Origin: an uncultured Gemmatimonadales bacterium
GTDB lineage: Bacteria; Gemmatimonadota; Gemmatimonadetes; Gemmatimonadales; GWC2-71-9
Length of the DNA stretch: 31,702 bases
Assembly: GCA_963825055.1 (NCBI GenBank)
Contig: CAWGSK010000033.1
Span: 1 to 31,702 of the forward strand
Direction: 5' to 3'
A program made the translations under genes and the position numbers. Under the pieces are notes generated by a model. It was not told the DNA's origin. It made no database searches and saw nothing but the letters and a program-made list of their open reading frames with translations. This document shows positions 1 through 8,193 of this stretch, in pieces (within the stretch, counting starts at the first letter, position 1; each line of letters starts with the position of its first letter).

Positions 1-1
1 G

Positions 2-112
2 GTGCCCGAAGCGGCATCACCATTCCGGGTGGGGCGGTGGGCCCTTGCGGGTGGGGCCCTCCTGCTCCTCGTCGCCATCCTGGCTCTGCTCTGGATGGGC
101 CTACGTTCCTGA
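2..112 (+). CDS. 3' end of a membrane-anchored protein (partial, runs off the window)
   Basis: Frame 2 reads VPEAASPFRVGRWALAGGALLLLVAILALLWMGLRS-TGA(110-112), a C-terminal hydrophobic helix followed directly by a terminator-like hairpin. Confidence 0.6.
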   Translation: MPEAASPFRVGRWALAGGALLLLVAILALLWMGLRS

Positions 113-115
113 AGC

Positions 116-148
116 AAAACACGCCCCCGGAACTCCGGGAGCGTGTTT
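116..148. terminator. Intrinsic terminator between convergent genes
   Basis: AAAACACGCCCCCGGAACTCCGGGAGCGTGTTT is an inverted repeat with A/T tails on both sides. On the minus strand it reads as a stem followed by TTTT, downstream of the 172 stop. Confidence 0.75.
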
Positions 149-171
149 CGGTAATGCTCTGCACCACGGGC

Positions 172-408
172 CTACTTCGGCGGATCGACGTCCACCGTCG
201 GTACGGTGACTTCCTTTTGCTTCGTCGTCACCTCGGGCACCGTGATGGTGTCCTTCTTCGTGCCCACATCGACCGTCGGCGTGTGCACGGTGTCCGTTTC
301 GGTGCCGACCACCGGCCGTTCAACCTCGTACTCGCCTTCGCCGGTCTTGTTGCAGCCGACGACGGCGGCGGCAGCCAGCAGGACTACGGGTACGGTGATA
401 TTCCTCAC
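172..408 (-). CDS. Small Val/Thr/Pro-rich lipoprotein
   Basis: GTG at 408 follows a GAGGAGG Shine-Dalgarno site (the ORF-track start at 438 is probably too long). Signal peptide ends AVVG-C. Mature part has repeated TPTVDV/VPEVTT/VPTVDV. Confidence 0.8.
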   Translation of the reverse strand: MRNITVPVVLLAAAAVVGCNKTGEGEYEVERPVVGTETDTVHTPTVDVGTKKDTITVPEVTTKQKEVTVPTVDVDPPK

Positions 409-447
409 AAAAACCTCCTCGTTGGGCGCATGTGCCATACGCCCGTC

Positions 448-491
448 AACTTAGCAGTTTGAAGGCTCGAAGGCCGTGATTGTGCTCACGG
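448..491 (-). promoter_or_regulatory. CRP/FNR-family box with an extended -10 element (class II geometry)
   Basis: Palindrome CCGTGA-ttgtgc-TCACGG at 474-491, and TG-C-TAAGTT on the minus strand at 456-448. The box centre lies at -41.5 relative to the implied start near 441. Confidence 0.6.
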
Positions 492-569
492 TAATCTCGT
501 GTCGGGCGTCGGGTCGGGGGTGCGCAGAGGGGGCGGGGACACGGGCAGCAAGCCGACGCTGGAGGTCTG

Positions 570-1142
570 ATGGGAAGGTCACCGAAGGACATGATGAAGG
601 CTGTGGCGGGGACCATGAGAGAGCGCACCGGCCGCAGTCTCGAGGAATGGATGGCGCTGGTGCAGGGGAGTGGCCTGGATCCCCTCGACCAGAAGGCGGT
701 GCGCTGCTGGCTCAAGGACAAGCACGGCGTATTGCAGAACTCGCAGTGGGCGATCGCGGATGCCGCCGCGCGGGTGGCGGGGTGGACCCGGCCGGAGGTG
801 GAGGAATACGTGGACCGGCAATATGCCGGGGCGAAGGCCCCCCTTCGCCCGATCTTCGACCGCCTCCGCGAGGTGATCGAGGGACTGGGGGATGACGTGT
901 CAATCGAAGGGCGCGGGACCTATACGCCCTTCGTCCGCCGCCGGCAGTTCGTCGCCGTGGCCGCGGCGACGAAAACGCGAGTGGATGTCGGGCTCCGCTT
1001 CACGGATCCGCCGGCGTCACCGCTCCTCCAGCCGGCCTCGGCGCCAGGCCAGGCAACCCACAAGCTGTCGCTGACCTCACCGGATGCGGTCACGGCAAAG
1101 GTCGAGCGACTGCTCCGGGCGGCATACGAACAGAACGGCTGA
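570..1142 (+). CDS. DUF4287/DUF5655-type two-domain protein
   Basis: GGAGG Shine-Dalgarno. N-terminal TGRSLEEW...WLKDKHG resembles DUF4287. C-terminal TYTPFVRRRQF...RVDVGL...THKLSL...LLRAAYE resembles DUF5655. Confidence 0.75.
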   Translation: MGRSPKDMMKAVAGTMRERTGRSLEEWMALVQGSGLDPLDQKAVRCWLKDKHGVLQNSQWAIADAAARVAGWTRPEVEEYVDRQYAGAKAPLRPIFDRLREVIEGLGDDVSIEGRGTYTPFVRRRQFVAVAAATKTRVDVGLRFTDPPASPLLQPASAPGQATHKLSLTSPDAVTAKVERLLRAAYEQNG

Positions 1143-1148
1143 GCCTCC

Positions 1149-2978
1149 TCACTGCCGGCGGTACAGCAGCAGCCCCCCGCCGGCCGCGCCGGCTACGAGT
1201 TCCGAGCGTGCGTCGCCGTCCAGGTCACCGAAGGCCGGCGCGGAGTAGGGAGGCAACTCCAGGTCGGCGGTCTCGTCACGTTCGAACCTGGGCGCCTTCC
1301 GGGTTCCCACGTTCCGGTACACCTGCAGCCCACCCTCCTCGCTTCCGATTACCAGGTCCAGGTCGCCGTCGCCATCGAGGTCCGTGAGCGACGGCGCACT
1401 CCGGCGGCCCACGTCGATCCCGTCCATGTTGTCGGAGACGAGGGTGAACCGGGGCGCGGTCTTCGTGCCGTCGTTCCGGTACCAGTTGATCGTACCCGAC
1501 GACTCCCCCACCAGGAGGTCGAGGTCGCCATCGTCGTCCAGGTCGCCAAGGGCGGGTGTCGTGTTGCTGCCGCGAGTGATCTGAACCAGCGAGGAATCCA
1601 CCAGGGCAAATGAAGGTGGATCGCCCGGGGTGAGCCGGTACAGCCGAACCGCGTCCTTGAAGGTCCCGAGCAGGAGGTCGGGACTTCCATCGCCGTCCAG
1701 GTCGCCAATGGCCGGGGCCATGTGATAGAGCCCCGTGATTCCCAGCACCCCGCGGAACGCGAAGGCCGCCCGCTGGCGGCTCCCGGTATTCTCCAGCCAG
1801 TACAGCCCGCCGGTCCGCTGGTTCAGGGGCTCGATCTTGTTGCCGACCAGGAGATCGAGGTCGCCGTCCCCGTCGAGGTCGGCGAGCGCCGGCTGGGTCT
1901 CGCTGCCCAGGTCGAGCTGCGAGAGGTAGCGGCTGGTCCGGAGCGTGAAGGCGAGCTTCCCGGTCTGCTCCAGGAACAGCAGGTTGTCGCGGGTGGAGAC
2001 GTTGGGATTGAACGCGCCCCCGAGGACGCCCACCAGGACATCGAGGTCGCCGTCCGCGTCCAAATCGGCGATGGCGGGGGCATTGTACCCGCTGGTCCTG
2101 AGCGGAGCATTGGGCGGGAAGGGGACGGTATCGCGGCCGATGTTGGGCGAGCCGCAGGTGCCGGAGTTGACCAGCCAGAGCAGTCCGGCCTCGAAGAAGT
2201 CGCCCCAGATGATGTCCGGGTCCCCGTCCTGGTCGATATCCGAGACGACCATCGTATTCGCGCCGTGAAGGCTCCCGAACTGCTGGCCGATGATCAGGAT
2301 GCCCTGGAACTCGTCGGTCAGGAACTGGAGCTGCCGGATGCCGTCCGGCCCGCCATGGGCCATCTCGTAGCGGGTGACCCGACCGCTGGCCCGGCCGAGC
2401 AGCAGGTCCAGCCGCCCGTTGCAGTCCACGTCCACCACCTGGGGGATGTTCTGCCGGTCGCTGAAGATCGGTTCGCCCTTCGCGTCGCGAACGGTGTCGA
2501 TGGCGAGAACCATCCTCGGGTCGGTCCGGGTGCCCTCGTTGCGGAAATAGCGGATGTAACTGAAGGGTGATTCGGCGAGGATGTCCACCACCCCATCCCG
2601 GTCGAGGTCGGCGAAGCGGCTCCACTCGCCGACGTCCAGGTCCTGCCACCGGTCGGTGCGCCACGTGAAGCGAGGCGCCTGGGGTGACCCGGTGTTCTCG
2701 AAGAACATCAGGTGTCCCGTGTACTCCTGCACGAAGAGATCCAGGTCGCCGTCGCCGTCGATGTCCACCAGCTGGGGTCGCGGGTGGTCGAGGCCACCCA
2801 GGAAGGGAAAGGTGTAGGCCCTGCCGGAGTCGTCTACCACCGGGATGCCGTCGAGCGAGCGGGTCCACCGGCCACCTCCGGCCCTGTCGGGTGCCTGGGC
2901 GGCGGGGCCGGCGGGATGGCAGGCAGTGGCCAGGGCGATGAAGAGGGTCGCCCCGAGGCAACGGGACACTGGCCTCAA
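1149..2978 (-). CDS. FG-GAP/VCBS repeat lipoprotein (Ca-binding beta-propeller)
   Basis: About ten DxDxDGxxD(L/I) motifs. Probable TTG start at 2978 overlaps the upstream TGA (2975-2977). Hydrophobic leader ends ALATA-C. The ORF-track start at 3302 lies inside the upstream gene. Confidence 0.85.
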   Translation of the reverse strand: MRPVSRCLGATLFIALATACHPAGPAAQAPDRAGGGRWTRSLDGIPVVDDSGRAYTFPFLGGLDHPRPQLVDIDGDGDLDLFVQEYTGHLMFFENTGSPQAPRFTWRTDRWQDLDVGEWSRFADLDRDGVVDILAESPFSYIRYFRNEGTRTDPRMVLAIDTVRDAKGEPIFSDRQNIPQVVDVDCNGRLDLLLGRASGRVTRYEMAHGGPDGIRQLQFLTDEFQGILIIGQQFGSLHGANTMVVSDIDQDGDPDIIWGDFFEAGLLWLVNSGTCGSPNIGRDTVPFPPNAPLRTSGYNAPAIADLDADGDLDVLVGVLGGAFNPNVSTRDNLLFLEQTGKLAFTLRTSRYLSQLDLGSETQPALADLDGDGDLDLLVGNKIEPLNQRTGGLYWLENTGSRQRAAFAFRGVLGITGLYHMAPAIGDLDGDGSPDLLLGTFKDAVRLYRLTPGDPPSFALVDSSLVQITRGSNTTPALGDLDDDGDLDLLVGESSGTINWYRNDGTKTAPRFTLVSDNMDGIDVGRRSAPSLTDLDGDGDLDLVIGSEEGGLQVYRNVGTRKAPRFERDETADLELPPYSAPAFGDLDGDARSELVAGAAGGGLLLYRRQ

Positions 2979-4063
2979 TGGCTGCCCCCGACCCCGATGC
3001 CCGCTCCATCCGGGGAGGTCTCGACCAGGCCCGTAATCGAGCCCGTGGCCCGGTCGATGATGATCACCGTGCCCGGGGCCTTCTCGGCTCCCTGGCCTTC
3101 GTAGACCCCATGCTGGTTGTGGCTCGAGACGAAGACGGTGCTCCCGTCCGGGGAAATGCCGATTCCGTGGGGTTCGGCCAGTCCCGCGCCGTAAATCACC
3201 TGTTTGACGGTCCAGGTGCGGGCGTCGACCACGGTCACCGCATTTTCCTTCTGGTTGGGGAACCAGACTTCCCGCCCATCCGGCGTGAACTCGACGTGCC
3301 ACGGCCAGCCCGGTGCCTTCACCGTTGCCACCTGGCGCAGGTGCAGGGGGTCACTCGAGTCGAGTACGATCAGTTCACCGCGCATCTGCGCGGTGCCGAC
3401 CAGTCGGCTTCCGTCCGGGGAAACGGCCCACTGCACCATCATCTCGTGTTCCTCACCACCCAGCTCGAGGTCCTCGAGCGTCACCTCGAGTGTCTTCGTG
3501 TCCACCACGGCGATCTGGTGCTGGCCCATGCTGCCGACGTAGAGGTGGCCCCCGCGCGGGTCCATCGCGATCGCGTGGGGGCGGCTGATGAAGACGTCCA
3601 CCTCCTCGATGGCCATGCTCGAGCGGTGGATCGCGCCGATGCGCGCCGGCGGATTGACCGCGGACATCGAGCGTGAAGCGTACAGCATGTCGCTCGTGGT
3701 ATCGAGCGCGAGCAGGCCGGGTGTCTCCATGGGCGCCTTGCCGACCACGTGGTTCCCGCGGTCGAACTTCACCACGTAGTTGTCGCCCACGAGCGTGACG
3801 TACCAGAAGGATCCGTCCGGTTCGACGGCAATGTCATGGGGCTTGGCTTTCGCAGTGAAGCCCGCGTCACGCAGGTCGACCGTCGTGACCAGCGCGTGGG
3901 TCGTCGCATCGAGCACCGAGACAGTCGCCGAGGCCTGGTTCGCGACGTAAACCATGGGGTGGGGTGCGGGGGCCGGTCCACCCGATGCGGTGGCGGGGTG
4001 GCCGGCGCAGGCGGCGAGCGCCGCGAGCAGCAGCCCGGCGGGGCTGCGGAATTTCCTGGGCAT
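2975..4063 (-). CDS. YVTN/YncE-like beta-propeller lipoprotein
   Basis: AGGAGGA Shine-Dalgarno before ATG 4063; lipobox LAA-C; repeats VYVAN..S.TVSVLD, PHDIAV.PDG, PHAIAM.P.G, PHGIGISPDG. Confidence 0.85.
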   Translation of the reverse strand: MPRKFRSPAGLLLAALAACAGHPATASGGPAPAPHPMVYVANQASATVSVLDATTHALVTTVDLRDAGFTAKAKPHDIAVEPDGSFWYVTLVGDNYVVKFDRGNHVVGKAPMETPGLLALDTTSDMLYASRSMSAVNPPARIGAIHRSSMAIEEVDVFISRPHAIAMDPRGGHLYVGSMGQHQIAVVDTKTLEVTLEDLELGGEEHEMMVQWAVSPDGSRLVGTAQMRGELIVLDSSDPLHLRQVATVKAPGWPWHVEFTPDGREVWFPNQKENAVTVVDARTWTVKQVIYGAGLAEPHGIGISPDGSTVFVSSHNQHGVYEGQGAEKAPGTVIIIDRATGSITGLVETSPDGAGIGVGGSH

Positions 4064-4144
4064 GCGATCATCCTCCTGAGGCAAGGGGGAGCGCACGGAC
4101 GCTGTCGCGCCCGCGGCTCCCCCTGGCCCGTTGCTTCGCAAAGG

Positions 4145-6514
4145 TTACGGGACGAGCGTCTTCTTGTGCTTCCGGAGCATGAACAGCCCCTCTTTCATGC
4201 TCGTCACCACCACGGTTCCGCTCGGGAAGTAGGGGTAGTTGCTCCAGGAGCCCCCGAAACCGGGAGCATCCTCGCCAACCGGTACCGTGTCGAAGTAGCC
4301 GACCTGCACCGGGTTCGTCGGATCGCTGATGTCCAGGATCCGCAGACCGCTGACGTAGTTCGACTGGTAGACCAGGTTGCCCTTCACGTACAGGTTGTGG
4401 TCGCTGGCCTTGTCTTCGGAGATGTACTCCTTCGCCAGGACCGGGTCATCCAGTTCGGCCAGATCCCAGACCAGGGTCCGGGTGCCGTTCACGAAGCCCT
4501 GCAACTCGTCCAGCTCGTCATCCATATAGAAGTACCGCTGGTCCTCGGACAGCCAGCCCTGGTGGGAGTATCCCACATTCGGGTAGCTCGCCTTGGCGAT
4601 CGTCTTGGGATTCTTCTTGTCGGTGACGTCGGCGATGTCGAGCGCCGTCTCGTTGGCGCCCAGGCAAATCTCGCGGCCGGTGTAGCGCTTGTCCGGGCCC
4701 TTGTACATCACGCACTGGGCGTCGTGCGTGTAGCCGGTGCCGGCGCGGCCCGTATTGGGGTTCGCGTAGCACCCGGCGAACTTCGGCTGCGCAGGATTCC
4801 GCACGTCGATCATGTGCAGCCCGCCGCCGCAGGTCTCGCCACCCGACCCGCTTCCCACGGAGTAGGCGAAGCCGGTAGAGGTATCGATCACGATGTTGTG
4901 CGAGCTGTGGATCCGGTCGTAGTGCGCGTCCTCGGTGAACGTGACCGGCGCGCCGCGGACGTTCCGGAGGCGGGTCAGGTTGAAGACCTGCATGCCGTGG
5001 TCACCCGCGCCGTCGGCGACGATGAATGCGTAATTCTTGTAAACCTTGATATCGCGCCAGGCGTTGGCGATCGCACCCTCGGTCATGGGCAGGTTGCCCA
5101 GGTATTGCGGGTGCAGCGGGTCGGTCACGTCCACGAAGGATGTGCCGTCCATCCGGCCGACCAGGGCGTACTCCTTCTTCGTCTGGGAATCGGTCCAGCC
5201 CCAGATGTCGTTCAGGAAGGCGCCGCGCACCCCGCCGATGGCGCTGACCGGCAGGAACGACAGCATGTCCACGTCCTGACAGTCGAAGATGCTGGCGGAG
5301 CCCTTGCCCGCGCAGTCGATTTCCTTGCCGGTCACCGCCGAGAGCGACTTGGGCTCGCTCTTGAGCATGGGGCCTGCGGTCCAGGCGTTCCCGCTCTTTG
5401 TCAGGGTGATTGCCGCGCCCTCGCCGTAGTCCACGCCGCCGGCGCCGACCACCGCGAGGTTTCCGCGGAGGACAAGCGGGGCGCTGAAGCCCGCGCGGGC
5501 AGGCAGGCCACCGGGGGAGAGCTTTGTGGCGGAGGTGAAGTGCCCCTCATCATCGCGCTGGAAGCGATAGATCGCGCCGTTGCGGTTATTGGCCCCGGGG
5601 GCAGCGACCCAGACCTCATCTCCATTGACCGAGACGTTGGTCCCGAACTGGAGGAAGCCGGGATCAAACGGCTGCAGTCGGTCCACAAGCTGCCAGGCAC
5701 CCGACGCGGAGTCGGCCTTGAAGATCGCGACACCGCCCGCATTCCGGTTGTAGCCGGGGGCGCCGGCGAGGAGCATGCCGTCCTCGAAATGGAGTGAACT
5801 GCCCAGGCGGCTGTTGGCGTCAATCCCGCGGACCTGGAGGACCGTGTCCTGGGACCAGGCGCCGGCGTCACGCTTGAAGACGTAGATGGCGCCGCGGGCG
5901 GAGTCCTTCGACATGGCGCCGATGAAGACCTTGTCGTTGCCGATGGCGAGGGCGGAACCGAAGAGGTCGCCCGATTCGGCGTCAGGCGCGCTCAGGCGCC
6001 CTTCCTGCGTCCAGCCGCCGGCGCCACGCCGGAAGGCATAGACCGCGCCTCGGCTCGAGTCGGCGCCCCAGCTGGCCACGAGGGCCAGGTCGCCCTTCAG
6101 GGCCACGGCCCGGCCGAGGGCGTCGCCCTTGCTCAGCCCGGTCGCATTCAGGCGGGCAGCCTGCTTCCAGGCGTTGCCTGTCTTCTGGAAAATGTACGCA
6201 GCCCCGGCGTTGTCGCCTGCCGTGGTCGCGCCGACCAGCAGGGTGCTGCCACTGGCCGCAATGCTCCGCCCGAACGAGTCGTTATTGCTCGCGTCGGCCG
6301 CGGTGAGCTCGCTCGCGGCCTTCCAGGTACCTCCGTCCATGCGGTAGACGTAGACGACGCCGGGCGAGTACGTGTTATGGGGCTCACCAACGAAGAATTC
6401 GCCGTCGCCAATGGCGGCGGAACTGCCGAAGTTGCCGCCGAACTGGGCGGCGGCCGAACCAGCCGTCATGGTGACGGCCAGGAGCACGGTACCTAATGAA
6501 CGTGTCCAGTGCAT
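4145..6514 (-). CDS. Choice-of-anchor B family protein with N-terminal FG-GAP repeats
   Basis: GGAGG Shine-Dalgarno; signal peptide ending AAA-Q; FG-GAP blades (FGRSIA..LLVGA..GAAYIF). C-terminal motifs NDIWGW, WRDIK, HNIVI, GGLHM, YTHDAQCV, YSHQGW, DDELDE, DHNLY, GSWSNYPY are typical of the choice-of-anchor B domain. Confidence 0.85.
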   Translation of the reverse strand: MHWTRSLGTVLLAVTMTAGSAAAQFGGNFGSSAAIGDGEFFVGEPHNTYSPGVVYVYRMDGGTWKAASELTAADASNNDSFGRSIAASGSTLLVGATTAGDNAGAAYIFQKTGNAWKQAARLNATGLSKGDALGRAVALKGDLALVASWGADSSRGAVYAFRRGAGGWTQEGRLSAPDAESGDLFGSALAIGNDKVFIGAMSKDSARGAIYVFKRDAGAWSQDTVLQVRGIDANSRLGSSLHFEDGMLLAGAPGYNRNAGGVAIFKADSASGAWQLVDRLQPFDPGFLQFGTNVSVNGDEVWVAAPGANNRNGAIYRFQRDDEGHFTSATKLSPGGLPARAGFSAPLVLRGNLAVVGAGGVDYGEGAAITLTKSGNAWTAGPMLKSEPKSLSAVTGKEIDCAGKGSASIFDCQDVDMLSFLPVSAIGGVRGAFLNDIWGWTDSQTKKEYALVGRMDGTSFVDVTDPLHPQYLGNLPMTEGAIANAWRDIKVYKNYAFIVADGAGDHGMQVFNLTRLRNVRGAPVTFTEDAHYDRIHSSHNIVIDTSTGFAYSVGSGSGGETCGGGLHMIDVRNPAQPKFAGCYANPNTGRAGTGYTHDAQCVMYKGPDKRYTGREICLGANETALDIADVTDKKNPKTIAKASYPNVGYSHQGWLSEDQRYFYMDDELDELQGFVNGTRTLVWDLAELDDPVLAKEYISEDKASDHNLYVKGNLVYQSNYVSGLRILDISDPTNPVQVGYFDTVPVGEDAPGFGGSWSNYPYFPSGTVVVTSMKEGLFMLRKHKKTLVP

Positions 6515-6769
6515 GTAACTGACTTGCCTCCGCTTAGGGGGATCGGACGGTGGGCGCGGGGGGAGGTGCTTCCGCGGCCATTGTGAGGCTCACGGAATGT
6601 AATACGGGCTGGGTGACCGGGAGTTTCCATGAAGCCGGGACTCGGTATCGGGGGATCGGGTGTCGGGCGAGATGGTGGCAGGGCCGCCGCGGTACCGGTC
6701 AAAGCACCGTGTTGCAATCAGTTAGGTTGAAACCCGGCCGCTGCCGGGATCCGGATGCCAGATCACGAC

Positions 6770-6790
6770 TCCCCGATCCCCGATCCCCGA
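6770..6790 (+). repeat. Heptamer tandem repeat (TCCCCGA)x3
   Basis: Three exact copies directly downstream of the ompA stop (6793), with degenerate copies next to them. Confidence 0.85.
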
Positions 6791-6792
6791 TC

Positions 6793-8076
6793 TCACATCT
6801 TTACCAACTCCACCCGACGGTTGTTCTGGCGGCCTTCGGCGGTGTCGTTGCTGTCCACCGGGCGGCTCTCCCCGTAGCCCTTCGCCTCGAGGCGGGATCC
6901 GTCAATCCTCTGCTCCTCGACCAGCCAGCGGCGAACTGCCTGTGCCCGGCGCTCGGAGAGCTCCTGGTTGTGCCCATCGTCGCCGGTGGCGTCCGTGTGA
7001 CCCTCGATGGCCAGGCGCAGGTCCGGGTGCTCCTGCAGCATCCGCGTAATCTCGGTGAGGGTAGGCGTGCTCTCCGGGCGGATCCGGTCGCTGTCCACGT
7101 CGAAGAGGATGCCTCGGGTGGCCACGCGGCCGTCGGCGGCGAGCTTGTCGTAGAGGTCCTTCCCTCCGGCCGCGACCCGGATGGGGCCAATGTAGATCGG
7201 GTTCGTCTGGGAGGCGGAGTAGACGTTCTCGAAATAGAGGGCCTTTCCGCGCGGGAGATCGGCGTTGGGGATGTTCGCCACCCGGGTGTCGCCGATGTAG
7301 ACCTTCACGTACCGGCCGTCAGCCATGAGCCGGACCGGAACCACCCGGTCCATCAGCGCGGGCGCCTGATTCCGGGACTCCGAGGCGTTGCGCCCAGTAT
7401 GCGCGATACCCGCGGTATGGAGGTTCACCGCCAGGTAGTGGTGGGGGTACTGCGATGTGTATCGTCCCTCGCCGGGGTCCTCGGTCAACACGACGATCTG
7501 GTGGTTCCCGTGCGTGAAGAACGCGTCGAACTCGATGGTGAAGCGTTCCGGAAGGCTGTCGGGAAGCATCACCTTGAACGCGGATGCGCGTGGGCCGGTG
7601 TTCCGGAGCAGCCGGCGTCCCTCCCACTCCGCCACTTCCCAGTTACCGCGGACAAACTCGAGCCGGCGGGGGAAGTCGCCCACCTGGTCCTTACCGTAGT
7701 CCTCCGCGAAGATCACCTTGTCGCCGGGGACGAAGTCGTAGTTGACCCAGACCCCGCTGCCCGGCTTCTCCGCCGCGCCCTTCGCCGCCTCCCGGTCGGA
7801 CACCGGGTTTCCCGATTCGTCGGTGATCACCTCGCCCCCGGCGTCCGTATAGACGACGGTGTCGCCGTTCTTCTCTGCCTTTTCGGCACACGCGGGATCA
7901 TCAACGGCACACCGGATGGTGTTCCGCACGGCCTTGTCCACCTGGCGGTTCGCCTCGCTCTCCGCCGCGCGCTCCGCAGCCTTCTTGAGGGAGCCGAACT
8001 GCGCGCGGGCACTTCCGGGAACGGAGAGAATCGCCGCCGCGAGCAGGGCTGCGGCGGTCAGGGCGCGTGATGTCAT
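6793..8076 (-). CDS. OmpA family protein (exported; central beta-rich domain plus C-terminal OmpA-like peptidoglycan-binding domain)
   Basis: GGAGG Shine-Dalgarno; signal peptide ending ARA-Q; YDFVPGDKVIF..GDFP central region; C-terminal ILFD..IEGHTD..N..LSERRA..GYGE.RP..N.T.EGR..NRRVE. Confidence 0.9.
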   Translation of the reverse strand: MTSRALTAAALLAAAILSVPGSARAQFGSLKKAAERAAESEANRQVDKAVRNTIRCAVDDPACAEKAEKNGDTVVYTDAGGEVITDESGNPVSDREAAKGAAEKPGSGVWVNYDFVPGDKVIFAEDYGKDQVGDFPRRLEFVRGNWEVAEWEGRRLLRNTGPRASAFKVMLPDSLPERFTIEFDAFFTHGNHQIVVLTEDPGEGRYTSQYPHHYLAVNLHTAGIAHTGRNASESRNQAPALMDRVVPVRLMADGRYVKVYIGDTRVANIPNADLPRGKALYFENVYSASQTNPIYIGPIRVAAGGKDLYDKLAADGRVATRGILFDVDSDRIRPESTPTLTEITRMLQEHPDLRLAIEGHTDATGDDGHNQELSERRAQAVRRWLVEEQRIDGSRLEAKGYGESRPVDSNDTAEGRQNNRRVELVKM

Positions 8077-8120
8077 GAAAGTCCTCCCAGGATTGCGGCC
8101 GCGGACGTGCCGAGGTTTGC

Positions 8121-8149
8121 ACTATCGTGCGGGTGGAGGCAGGTGTCAA
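8121..8149 (-). promoter_or_regulatory. Sigma70-type promoter of the ompA gene
   Basis: Minus strand reads TTGACA (8149-8144), 17 nt, GATAGT (8126-8121), about 45 nt upstream of ATG 8076. Confidence 0.6.
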
Positions 8150-8193
8150 CCGTGGAGAGGGAACAGCAGCGGGGAGCAGGCTAGGTTTCCCCC

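Noticed and set aside
1276..3009. 577-aa alternative-frame ORF inside the FG-GAP gene
   Set aside because: Its Arg/Pro/Gly-rich composition is typical of off-frame GC-rich translation.
3749..5797. 682-aa plus-strand ORF
   Set aside because: It is the antisense shadow of the choice-of-anchor B and YVTN genes. It has no motifs, and long shadows are expected at high GC with strong codon bias.
6582..6594. TGTGA-ggc-TCACG considered as a third CRP box
   Set aside because: The spacer is 3 bp rather than 6.
6550..8070. 506-aa plus-strand ORF
   Set aside because: Antisense to the clearly recognisable OmpA gene, with no domain signature.
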